Shown here in pieces: positions 26,601 to 40,800 of a DNA stretch of 64,000 bases. Both the position numbers and the translations under genes were made by a program. The DNA lies in the NCBI GenBank assembly GCA_964057225.1, contig OZ059900.1, positions 2,666,001 through 2,730,000 of the forward strand, in the 5' to 3' direction. Each line of letters opens with the position of its first letter. Position 1 is the stretch's first letter. The DNA is from Auanema rhodensis (Eukaryota > Animalia > Nematoda). Under the pieces are notes generated by a model that did no database searches, was not told the origin of the DNA, and saw nothing but the letters and a program-made list of their open reading frames with translations.

Positions 26601-29600
26601 GAATCAAACACACAATACACAATATCAGTCTATTTTTATGAGCTTGCACTGATATATATTCATTTTGATCAAAAAAGGTCGAAAATAGAAAGAATTTTTG
26701 AAATTTCCGAGTTTTGAGTCTAATTTGGCTAAATCGCTCATATATATGATCAGAAGCATAGTTTTATTGTCTATGACAACAAAAGTCATCAATTAAACGC
26801 TAGTGATGTTTAAATACTGATTTTCGCTCAAATAGCATTACTACACTAAGTATGGTCGTTTTTATGCCTTTAACACCATATACTCACCGATTTTTGGTAC
26901 AAAATCTGTAATACTCGTAAATTTTGATCATATTTGTTAAGATTTGAAAATCAAACACACAATAAACAAAATCAGTCTATTTTTATGAGTTTGCACTGAT
27001 ATATATTCATTTTGATCAAAAAAGGTCGAAAATAGAAAGAATTTTTGAATTTTCCGAGTTTTGAGTCCAATTGGGCTAAATCGCTCATATATATGATCAA
27101 AAGCATAGTTTTACTGTCTATGATAACAAAAGTCTTCAAATATACACTAATAATGATTAAATCACTGAATTTCAGTCAAATAGCATTACTACACTAAGTA
27201 TGGTCGTTTTTATGCCTTTAACACCATATACTCACCGATTTTTGGTACAAAATCTGTAATACTCGTAAATTTTGATCATATTCGTTAAGATTTGAGAATC
27301 AAACACACAATACACAATATCAGTCTATTTTTACGAGTTTGCACTGATATTTATTCATTTTTTTCAAAAAAGGTCGAAAATAGAAAGAATTTTTGAAATT
27401 TCCGAGTTTTGAGTCTAATTTGGCTAAATCGCTCATATATATGATCAAAAGCATAGTTTTACTGTCTATGATAACAAAAGTCTTCAAATATACACTAATA
27501 ATGATTAAATCACTGAAATTCAGTCAAATAGCATTACTACACTAAGTATGGTCGTTTTTATGCCTTTAACACCATATACTCACCGATTTTTGGTACAAAA
27601 TCTGTAATACTTGTAAATTTTGATCATATTTGTTAAGATTCGAGAATCAAACACATAATACACGAAATAAGTCTATTTTTACAAGTTTGCACTGATATTT
27701 ATTCATTTTGATCAAAAAAGGTCGAAAATAGAAAGAATTTTTGAAATTTCCGAGTTTTGAGTCCAATTTGGCTAAATCGCTCATATATAAGATCAAAAGC
27801 ATAGTTTTATTGTCTATAACAACAAAAGTCATCAATTAAACGCTAGTGATGTTTAAATACTGAATTTCGCTCAAATAGCATTACTACACTAAGTATGGTC
27901 GTTTTTATGCCTTTAACACCATATACTCACCGATTTTTGGTACAAAATCTGTAATACTTGTAAATTTTGATCATATTCGTTAAGATTTGAGAATCAAACA
28001 CATAATACACGAAATAAGTCTTTTTTTACAAGTTTGCACTGATATTTATTCATTTTGATCAAAAAAGGTCGAAAATAGAAAGAATTTTTGAAATTTCCGA
28101 GTTTTGAGTCCAATTTGGCTAAATCGCTCATATATATGATCAGAAGCATAGTTCTATTGTCTATAACAACAAAAGTCTTTAATTAAACGCTAGTGATGTT
28201 TAAATACTGATTTTCGCTCAAATAGCATTACTACACTAAGTATGGTCGTTTTTATGCCTTTAACACCATATACTCACCGATTTTTGGTACAAAATCTGTA
28301 ATACTTGTAAATTTTGATCATATTCGTTAAGATTCGAGAATCAAACACATAATACACGAAATAAGTCTAGTTTTATGAGTTTGCACTGATATTTATTCAT
28401 TTTGATCAAAAAAGGTCGAAAATAGAAAGAATTTTTGAATTTTCCGAGTTTTGAGTCCAATTGGGCTAAATCGCTCATATATATGATCAAAAGCATAGTT
28501 TTACTGTCTATGATAACAAAAGTCTTCAAATATACACTAATAATGATTAAATCACTGAATTTCAGTCAAATAGCATTACTACACTAAGTATGGTCGTTTT
28601 TATGCCTTTAACACCATATACTCACCGATTTTTGGTACAAAATCTGTAATACTCGTAAATTTTGATCATATTCGTTATGATTCGAGAATCAAACACACAA
28701 TACACAATATCAGTCTATTTTTATGAGCTTGCACTGATATATATTCATTTTGATCAAAAAAGGTCGAAAATAGAAAGAATTTTTGAAATTTCCGAGTTTT
28801 GAGTCTAATTTGGCTAAATCGCTCATATATATGATCAGAAGCATAGTTTTATTGTCTATGACAACAAAAGTCATCAATTAAACGCTAGTGATGTTTAAAT
28901 ACTGATTTTCGCTCAAATAGCATTACTACACTAAGTATGGTCGTTTTTATGCCTTTAACACCATATACTCACCGATTTTTGGTACAAAATCTGTAATACT
29001 CGTAAATTTTGATCATATTTGTTAAGATTTGAAAATCAAACACACAATAAACAAAATCAGTCTATTTTTATGAGTTTGCACTGATATATATTCATTTTGA
29101 TCAAAAAAGGTCGAAAATAGAAAGAATTTTTGAATTTTCCGAGTTTTGAGTCCAATTGGGCTAAATCGCTCATATATATGATCAAAAGCATAGTTTTACT
29201 GTCTATGATAACAAAAGTCTTCAAATATACACTAATAATGATTAAATCACTGAATTTCAGTCAAATAGCATTACTACACTAAGTATGGTCGTTTTTATGC
29301 CTTTAACACCATATACTCACCGATTTTTGGTACAAAATCTGTAATACTCGTAAATTTTGATCATATTCGTTAAGATTTGAGAATCAAACACACAATACAC
29401 AATATCAGTCTATTTTTACGAGTTTGCACTGATATTTATTCATTTTTTTCAAAAAAGGTCGAAAATAGAAAGAATTTTTGAAATTTCCGAGTTTTGAGTC
29501 TAATTTGGCTAAATCGCTCATATATATGATCAAAAGCATAGTTTTACTGTCTATGATAACAAAAGTCTTCAAATATACACTAATAATGTGTAAATCACTG

Positions 29601-31817
29601 AATTTCACTCAAATAGCATTACTACACTAAGTATGGTCGTTTTTATGCCTTTAACACCATATACTCACCGATTTTTGGTACAAAATCTGTAATACTTGTA
29701 AATTTTGATCATATTCGTTAAGATTTGAGAATCAAACACATAATACACGAAATAAGTCTTTTTTTACAAGTTTGCACTGATATTTATTCATTTTGATCAA
29801 AAAAGGTCGAAAATAGAAAGAATTTTTGAAATTTCCGAGTTTTGAGTCCAATTTGGCTAAATCGCTCATATATATGATCAGAAGCATAGTTCTATTGTCT
29901 ATAACAACAAAAGTCTTTAATTAAACGCTAGTGATGTTTAAATACTGATTTTCGCTCAAATAGCATTACTACACTAAGTATGGTCGTTTTTATGCCTTTA
30001 ACACCATATACTCACCGATTTTTGGTACAAAATCTGTAATACTTGTAAATTTTGATCATATTCGTTAAGATTCGAGAATCAAACACATAATACACGAAAT
30101 AAGTCTAGTTTTATGAGTTTGCACTGATATTTATTCATTTTGATCAAAAAAGGTCGAAAATAGAAAGAATTTTTGAATTTTCCGAGTTTTGAGTCCAAGT
30201 GGGCCAAATCGCTCATATATATGATCAAAAGCATAGTTTTACTGTCTATGATAACAAAAGTCTTCAAATATACACTAATAATGATTAAATCACTGAATTT
30301 CTGTCAAATAGCATTACTACACTAAGTATGGTCGTTTTTATGCCTTTAACACCATATACTCACCGATTTTTGGTACAAAATCTGTAATACTCGTAAATTT
30401 TGATCATATTCGTTAAGATTCGAGAATCAAACATACAATACACAAAATCAGTCTATTTTTATGAGCTTGCACTGATATATATTCATTTTGATCAAAAAAG
30501 GTCGAAAATAGAAAGAATTTTTGAAATTTCCGAGTTTTGAGTCTAATTTGGCTAAATCGCTCATATATATGATCAGAAGCATAGGTGTATTGTCTATGAC
30601 AACAAAAGTCATTAATTAAACACTAACGATGTTTAAATCACTAAATTTCGCTCTAATAGCATTACTACACTAAGTATGGTCGTTTTTATGCCTTTAACAC
30701 CATATACTCACCGATTTTTGGTACAAAATCTGTAATACTCGTAAATTTTGATCATATTCGTTAAGATTTGAGAATCAAACACACAATACACAAAATCAGT
30801 CTATTTTTATGAGCTTGCACTGATATATATTCATTTTGATCAAAAAAGGTCGAAAATAGAAAGAATTTTTGAAATTTCCGAGTTTTGAGTTCAATTTGGC
30901 TAAATCGCTCATATATATGATCAAAAGCATAGTTTTACTGTCTATGATAACAAAAGTCTTCAAATATACACTAATAATGATTAAATCACTGAATTTCAGT
31001 CAAATAGCATTACTACACTAAGTATGGTCGTTTTTATGCCTTTAACACCATATACTCACCGATTTTTGGTACAAAATCTGTAATACTCGTAAATTTTGAT
31101 CATATTCGTTAAGATTTGAGAATCAAACACACAATACACAAAATCAGTCTATTTTTATGAGCTTGCACTGATATATATTCATTTTGATCAAAAAAGGTCG
31201 AAAATAGAAAGAATTTTTGAAATTTCCGAGTTTTGAGTCTAATTTGGCTAAGCCGCTCATATATACGATCAGAAGCATAGGTGTATTGTCTATGACAACA
31301 AAAGTCATCAATTAAACGCTAGTGATGTTTTAATACTGAATTTCGCTCAAATAGCATTACTACACTAAGTATGGTCCTTTTTATGCCTTTAACACCATAT
31401 ACTCACCGATTTTTGGTACAAAATCTGTAATACTCGTAAATTTTGATCATATTCGTTAAGATTTGAGAATCAAACATACAATACACAAAATCAGTCTATT
31501 TTTATGAGCTTGCACTGATATATATTCATTTTGATCAAAAAAGGTCGAAAATAGAAAGAATTTTTGGAATTTCCGAGTTTTGAGTCTAATTTGGCTAAAT
31601 CGCTCATATATATGATCAAAAGCATAGTTTTACTGTCTATGATAACAAAAGTCTTCAATTATACACTAATAATGATTAAATCACTGAATTTCAGTCAAAT
31701 AGCATTACTACACTAAGTATGGTCGTTTTTATGCCTTTAACACCATATACTCACCGATTTTTGGTACAAAATCTGTAATACTTGTAAATTTTGATCATAT
31801 TTGTTAAGATTCGAGAA
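20695..31817. repeat. 13-monomer HOR (4519 bp), two copies; the second carries an internal 6-monomer (2085 bp) tandem duplication
   Basis: 21043->25562 is +4519. 25562->27647 and 26256->28341 are +2085. 22801->29405 and 23475->30079 are +6604 (=4519+2085). Confidence 0.88.
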
Positions 31818-34800
31818 TCAAACACATAATACACGAAATAAGTCTATTTTTACAAGTTTGCACTGATATTTATTCATTTTGATCAAAAAAGGTCGAAAAT
31901 AGAAAGAATTTTTGAAATTTCCGAGTTTTGAGTCCAATTTGGCTAAATCGCTCATATATAAGATCAAAAGCATAGTTTTATTGTCTATAACAACAAAAGT
32001 CATCAATTAAACGCTAGTGATGTTTAAATACTGAATTTCGCTCAAATAGCATTACTACACTAAGTATGGTCGTTTTTATGCCTTTAACACCATATACTCA
32101 CCGATTTTTGGTACAAAATCTGTAATACTCGTAAATTTTGATCATATTCGTTAAGATTTGAGAATCAAACATACAATACACAAAATCAGTCTATTTTTAT
32201 GAGCTTGCACTGATATATATTCATTTTGATCAAAAAAGGTCGAAAATAGAAAGAATTTTTGAAATTTCCGAGTTTTGAGTCTAATTTGGCTAAATCGCTC
32301 ATATATATGATCAGAAGCATAGTTTTACTGTCTATGATAACAAAAGTCTTCAAATATACACTAATAATGATTAAATCACTGAATTTCAGTCAAATAGCAT
32401 TACTACACTAAGTATGGTCGTTTTTATGCCTTTAACACCATATACTCACCGATTTTTGGTACAAAATCTGTAATACTCGTAAATTTTGATCATATTCGTT
32501 AAGATTTGAGAATCAAACACACAATACACAATATCAGTCTATTTTTATGAGCTTGCACTGATATATATTCATTTTGATCAAAAAAGGTCGAAAATAGAAA
32601 GAATTTTTGAAATTTCCGAGTTTTGAGTCTAATTTGGCTAAATCGCTCATATATATGATCAGAAGCATAGTTTTATTGTCTATGACAACAAAAGTCATCA
32701 ATTAAACGCTAGTGATGTTTAAATACTGATTTTCGCTCAAATAGCATTACTACACTAAGTATGGTCGTTTTTATGCCTTTAACACCATATACTCACCGAT
32801 TTTTGGTACAAAATCTGTAATACTCGTAAATTTTGATCATATTTGTTAAGATTTGAAAATCAAACACACAATAAACAAAATCAGTCTATTTTTATGAGTT
32901 TGCACTGATATATATTCATTTTGATCAAAAAAGGTCGAAAATAGAAAGAATTTTTGAATTTTCCGAGTTTTGAGTCCAATTGGGCTAAATCGCTCATATA
33001 TATGATCAAAAGCATAGTTTTACTGTCTATGATAACAAAAGTCTTCAAATATACACTAATAAAGATTAAATCACTGAATTTCAGTCAAATAGCATTACTA
33101 CACTAAGTATGGTCGTTTTTATGCCTTTAACACCATATACTCACCGATTTTTGGTACAAAATCTGTAATACTCGTAAATTTTGATCATATTCGTTAAGAT
33201 TTGAGAATCAAACACACAATACACAATATCAGTCTATTTTTATGAGCTTGCACTGATATATATTCATTTTGATCAAAAAAGGTCGAAAATAGAAAGAATT
33301 TTTGAAATTTCCGAGTTTTGAGTCCAATTTGGCTAAATCGCTCATATATATGATCAGAAGCATAGTTCTATTGTCTATAACAACAAAAGTCTTTAATTAA
33401 ACGCTAGTGATGTTAAAATCACTGAATTTCACTCAAATAGCATTACTACACTAAGTATGGTCGTTTTTATGCCTTTAACACCATATACTCACCGATTTTT
33501 GGTACAAAATCTGTAATACTTGTAAATTTTGATCATATTCGTTAAGATTTGAGAATCAAACACATAATACACGAAATAAGTCTTTTTTTACAAGTTTGCA
33601 CTGATATTTATTCATTTTGATCAAAAAAGGTCGAAAATAGAAAGAATTTTTGAAATTTCCGAGTTTTGAGTCCAATTTGGCTAAATCGCTCATATATATG
33701 ATCAGAAGCATAGTTCTATTGTCTATAACAACAAAAGTCTTTAATTAAACGCTAGTGATGTTTAAATACTGATTTTCGCTCAAATAGCATTACTACACTA
33801 AGTATGGTCGTTTTTATGCCTTTAACACCATATACTCACCGATTTTTGGTACAAAATCTGTAATACTTGTAAATTTTGATCATATTCGTTAAGATTCGAG
33901 AATCAAACACATAATACACGAAATAAGTCTAGTTTTATGAGTTTGCACTGATATTTATTCATTTTGATCAAAAAAGGTCGAAAATAGAAAGAATTTTTGA
34001 ATTTTCCGAGTTTTGAGTCCAAGTGGGCTAAATCGCTCATATATATGATCAAAAGCATAGTTTTACTGTCTATGATAACAAAAGTCTTCAAATATACACT
34101 AATAATGATTAAATCACTGAATTTCAGTCAAATAGCATTACTACACTAAGTATGGTCGTTTTTATGCCTTTAACACCATATACTCACCGATTTTTGGTAC
34201 AAAATCTGTAATACTCGTAAATTTTGATCATATTCGTTAAGATTTGAGAATCAAACATACAATACACAAAATCAGTCTATTTTTATGAGCTTGCACTGAT
34301 ATATATTCATTTTGATCAAAAAAGGTCGAAAATAGAAAGAATTTTTGAAATTTCCGAGTTTTGAGTCTAATTTGGCTAAATCGCTCATATATATGATCAG
34401 AAGCATAGGTGTATTGTCTATGACAACAAAAGTCATTAATTAAACACTAATGATGTTTAAATCACTAAATTTCGCTCTAATAGCATTACTACACTAAGTA
34501 TGGTCGTTTTTATGCCTTTAACACCATATACTCACCGATTTTTGGTACAAAATCTGTAATACTCGTAAATTTTGATCATATTCGTTAAGATTTGAGAATC
34601 AAACACACAATACACAAAATCAGTCTATTTTTATGAGCTTGCACTGATATATATTCATTTTGATCAAAAAAGGTCGAAAATAGAAAGAATTTTTGAAATT
34701 TCCGAGTTTTGAGTTCAATTTGGCTAAATCGCTCATATATATGATCAAAAGCATAGTTTTACTGTCTATGATAACAAAAGTCTTCAAATATACACTAATA

Positions 34801-37800
34801 ATGATTAAATCACTGAATTTCAGTCAAATAGCATTACTACACTAAGTATGGTCGTTTTTATGCCTTTAACACCATATACTCACCGATTTTTGGTACAAAA
34901 TCTGTAATACTCGTAAATTTTGATCATATTCGTTAAGATTTGAGAATCAAACACACAATACACAAAATCAGTCTATTTTTATGAGCTTGCACTGATATAT
35001 ATTCATTTTGATCAAAAAAGGTCGAAAATAGAAAGAATTTTTGAAATTTCCGAGTTTTGAGTCTAATTTGGCTAAATCGCTCATATATACGATCAGAAGC
35101 ATAGGTGTATTGTCTATGACAACAAAAGTCATCAATTAAACGCTAGTGATGTTTTAATACTGAATTTCGCTCAAATAGCATTACTACACTAAGTATGGTC
35201 GTTTTTATGCCTTTAACACCATATACTCACCGATTTTTGGTACAAAATCTGTAATACTCGTAAATTTTGATCATATCCGTTAAGATTTGAGAATCAAACA
35301 TACAATACACAAAATCAGTCTATTTTTATGAGCTTGCACTGATATATATTCATTTTGATCAAAAAAGGTCGAAAATAGAAAGAATTTTTGGAATTTCCGA
35401 GTTTTGAGTCTAATTTGGCTAAATCGCTCATATATATGATCAAAAGCATAGTTTTACTGTCTATGATAACAAAAGTCTTCAATTATACACTAATAATGAT
35501 TAAATCACTGAATTTCAGTCAAATAGCATTACTACACTAAGTATGGTCGTTTTTATGCCTTTAACACCATATACTCACCGATTTTTGGTACAAAATCTGT
35601 AATACTTGTAAATTTTGATCATATTTGTTAAGATTCGAGAATCAAACACATAATACACGAAATAAGTCTATTTTTACAAGTTTGCACTGATATTTATTCA
35701 TTTTGATCAAAAAAGGTCGAAAATAGAAAGAATTTTTGAAATTTCCGAGTTTTGAGTCCAATTTGGCTAAATCGCTCATATATAAGATCAAAAGCATAGT
35801 TTTATTGTCTATAACAACAAAAGTCATCAATTAAACGCTAGTGATGTTTAAATACTGATTTTCGCTCAAATAGCATTACTACACTAAGTATGGTCGTTTT
35901 TATGCCTTTAACACCATATACTCACCGATTTTTGGTACAAAATCTGTAATACTCGTAAATTTTGATCATATTCGTTAAGATTTGAGAATCAAACATACAA
36001 TACACAAAATCAGTCTATTTTTATGAGCTTGCACTGATATATATTCATTTTGATCAAAAAAGGTCGAAAATAGAAAGAATTTTTGAAATTTCCGAGTTTT
36101 GAGTCTAATTTGGCTAAATCGCTCATATATATGATCAGAAGCATAGTTTCATTGTCTATGACAACAAAAGTCATCAATTAAACGCTAGTGATGTTTAAAT
36201 ACTGATTTTCGCTCAAATAGCATTACTACACTAAGTATGGTCGTTTTTATGCCTTTAACACCATATACTCACCGATTTTTGGTACAAAATCTGTAATACT
36301 CGTAATTTTTGATCATATTCGTTAAGATTTGAAAATCAAACACATAATACACGAAATAAGTCTATTTTTATGAGTTTGCACTGATATTTATTCATTTTGA
36401 TCAAAAAAGGTCGAAAATAGAAAGAATTTTTGAAATTTCCGAGTTTTGAGTCTAATTTGGCTAAATCGCTCATATATATGATCAGAAGCATAGTTTTATT
36501 GTCTATGACAACAAAAATCATCAATTAAACGCTAGTGATGTTTAAATACTGATTTTCGCTCAAATAGCATTACTACACTAAGTATGGTCGTTTTTATCCC
36601 TTTAACACCATATACTCACCGATTTTTGGTACAAAATCTGTAATACTCGTAAATTTTGATCATATTCGTTAAGATTTGAGAATCAAACATACAATACACA
36701 AAATCAGTCTATTTTTATGAGCTTGCACTGATATATATTCATTTTGATCAAAAAAGGTCGAAAATAGAAAGAATTTTTGAAATTTCCGAGTTTTGAGTCC
36801 AATTTGGCTAAATCGCTCATATATAAGATCAAAAGCATAGTTTTATTGTCTATAACAACAAAAGTCATCAATTAAACGCTAGTGATGTTTAAATACTGAA
36901 TTTCGCTCAAATAGCATTACTACACTAAGTATGGTCGTTTTTATGCCTTTAACACCATATACTCACCGATTTTTGGTACAAAATCTGTAATACTCGTAAA
37001 TTTTGATCATATTCGTTAAGATTTGAGAATCAAACATACAATACACAGAATCAGTCTATTTTTATGAGCTTGCACTGATATATATTCATTTTGATCAAAA
37101 AAGGTCGAAAATAGAAAGAATTTTTGAAATTTCCGAGTTTTGAGTCTAATTTGGCTAAATCGCTCATATATATGATCAAAAGCATAGTTTTACTGTCTAT
37201 GATAACAAAAGTCTTCAAATATACACTAATAATGATTAAATCACTGAATTTCAGTCAAATAGCATTACTACACTAAGTATGGTCGTTTTTATGCCTTTAA
37301 CACCATATACTCACCGATTTTTGGTACAAAATCTGTAATACTCGTAAATTTTGATCATATTTGTTAAGATTTGAAAATCAAACACACAATAAACAAAATC
37401 AGTCTATTTTTATGAGTTTGCACTGATATATATTCATTTTGATCAAAAAAGGTCGAAAATAGAAAGAATTTTTGAATTTTCCGAGTTTTGAGTCCAATTG
37501 GGCTAAATCGCTCATATATATGATCAAAAGTATAGTTTTACTGTCTATGATAACAAAAGTCTTCAAATATACACTAATAATGATTTAATCACTGAATTTC
37601 ACTCAAATAGCATTACTACACTAAGTATGGTCGTTTTTATGCCTTTAACACCATATACTCACCGATTTTTGGTACAAAATCTGTGATACTCGTAAATTTT
37701 GATCATATTTGGTGAGATTCGAGGATCGAACACACAATACACGAAATAAGTTTTTTTTTACGAGTTTGCACTGATATTTATTCATTTTTATCAAAAAAGG

Positions 37801-40800
37801 TCGAAAATAGAAAGAATTTTTGAAATTTCCGAGTTTTGAGTCTAATTTGGCTAAATCGCTCATATATATGATCAAAAGCATAGTTTTACTGTCTATGATA
37901 ACAAAAGTCTTCAAATATACACTAATAATGTGTAAATCACTGAATTTCACTCAAATAGCTTTACTACACTAAGTATGGTCGTTTTTATGCCTTTAACACC
38001 ATATACTCACCGATTTTTGGTACAAAATCTGTAATACTCGTAAATTTTGATCATATTCGTTAAGATTTGAGAATCAAACATACAATACACAAAATCAGTC
38101 TATTTTTATAAGCTTGCACTGATATATATTCATTTTGATCAAAAAAGGTCGAAAATAGAAAGAATTTTTGAAATTTCCGAGTTTTGAGTCTAATTTGGCT
38201 AAATCGCTCATATACATGATCAGAAGCATAGTTTCATTGTCTATGACAACAAAAGTCATCAATTAAACGCTAGTGATGTTTAAATACTGATTTTCGCTCA
38301 AATAGCATTACTACACTAAGTATGGTCGTTTTTATGCCTTTAACACCATATACTCACCGATTTTTGGTACAAAATCTGTAATACTCGTAAATTTTGATCA
38401 TATTCGTTAAGATTTGAAAATCAAACACACAATAAACAAAATCAGTCTATTTTTATGAGTTTGCACTGATATATATTCATTTTGATCAAAAAAGGTCGAA
38501 AATAGAAAGAATTTTTGAATTTTCCGAGTTTTGAGTCCAATTGGGCTAAATCGCTCATATATATGATCAAAAGCATAGTTTTACTGTCTATGATAACAAA
38601 AGTCTTCAAATATACACTAATAATGATTAAATCACTGAATTTTACTCAAATAGCATTACTACACTAAGTATGGTCGTTTTTATGCCTTTAACACCATATA
38701 CTCACCGATTTTTGGTACAAAATCTGTGATACTCGTAAATTTTGATCATATTCGGTGAGATTCGAGAATCAAACACACAATACACGAAATAAGTTTATTT
38801 TTACGAGTTTGCACTGATATTTATTCATTTTGATCAAAAAAGGTCGAAAATAGAAAGAATTTTTGAAATTTCCGAGTTTTGAGTCTAATTTGGCTAAATC
38901 GCTCATATATATGATCAGAAGCATAGGTGTATTGTCTATGACAACAAAAGTCATTAATTAAACACTAATGATGTTTAAATCACTAAATTTCGCTCTAATA
39001 GCATTACTACACTAAGTATGGTCGTTTTTATACCTTCAACACCATATACTCACCGATTTTTGGTACAAAATCTGTGATACTCGTAAATTTTGATCATATT
39101 CGTTAAGATTTGAGAATCAAACATACAATACACAAAATCAGTCTATTTTTATGAGCTTGCACTGATATATATTCATTTTGATCAAAAAAGGTCGAAAATA
39201 GAAAGAATTTTTGAAATTTCCGAGTTTTGAGTCTAATTTGGCTAAATCGCTCATATATACGATCAGAAGCATAGGTGTATTGTCTATGACAACAAAAGTC
39301 ATCAATTAAACGCTAGTGATGTTTTAATACTGAATTTCGCTCAAATAGCATTACTACACTAAGTATGGTCCTTTTTATGCCTTTAACACCATATACTCAC
39401 CGATTTTTGGTACAAAATCTGTAATACTCGTAAATTTTGATCATATTCGTTAAGATTTGAGAATCAAACATACAATACACAAAATCAGTCTATTTTTATG
39501 AGCTTGCACTGATATATATTCATTTTGATCAAAAAAGGTCGAAAATAGAAAGAATTTTTGGAATTTCCGAGTTTTGAGTCTAATTTGGCTAAATCGCTCA
39601 TATATATGATCAAAAGCATAGTTTTACTGTCTATGATAACAAAAGTCTTCAATTATACACTAATAATGATTAAATCACTGAATTTCAGTCAAATAGCATT
39701 ACTACACTAAGTATGGTCGTTTTTATGCCTTTAACACCATATACTCACCGATTTTTGGTACAAAATCTGTAATACTTGTAAATTTTGATCATATTTGTTA
39801 AGATTCGAGAATCAAACACATAATACACGAAATAAGTCTATTTTTACAAGTTTGCACTGATATTTATTCATTTTGATCAAAAAAGGTCGAAAATAGAAAG
39901 AATTTTTGAAATTTCCGAGTTTTGAGTCCAATTTGGCTAAATCGCTCATATATAAGATCAAAAGCATAGTTTTATTGTCTATAACAACAAAAGTCATCAA
40001 TTAAACGCTAGTGATGTTTAAATACTGAATTTCGCTCAAATAGCATTACTACACTAAGTATGGTCGTTTTTATGCCTTTAACACCATATACTCACCGATT
40101 TTTGGTACAAAATCTGTAATACTCGTAAATTTTGATCATATTCGTTAAGATTTGAGAATCAAACATACAATACACAAAATCAGTCTATTTTTATGAGCTT
40201 GCACTGATATATATTCATTTTGATCAAAAAAGGTCGAAAATAGAAAGAATTTTTGAAATTTCCGAGTTTTGAGTCTAATTTGGCTAAATCGCTCATATAT
40301 ATGATCAGAAGCATAGTTTTACTGTCTATGATAACAAAAGTCTTCAAATATACACTAATAATGATTAAATCACTGAATTTCAGTCAAATAGCATTACTAC
40401 ACTAAGTATGGTCGTTTTTATGCCTTTAACACCATATACTCACCGATTTTTGGTACAAAATCTGTAATACTCGTAAATTTTGATCATATTCGTTAAGATT
40501 TGAGAATCAAACACACAATACACAATATCAGTCTATTTTTATGAGCTTGCACTGATATATATTCATTTTGATCAAAAAAGGTCGAAAATAGAAAGAATTT
40601 TTGAAATTTCCGAGTTTTGAGTCTAATTTGGCTAAATCGCTCATATATATGATCAGAAGCATAGTTTTATTGTCTATGACAACAAAAGTCATCAATTAAA
40701 CGCTAGTGATGTTTAAATACTGATTTTCGCTCAAATAGCATTACTACACTAAGTATGGTCGTTTTTATGCCTTTAACACCATATACTCACCGATTTTTGG

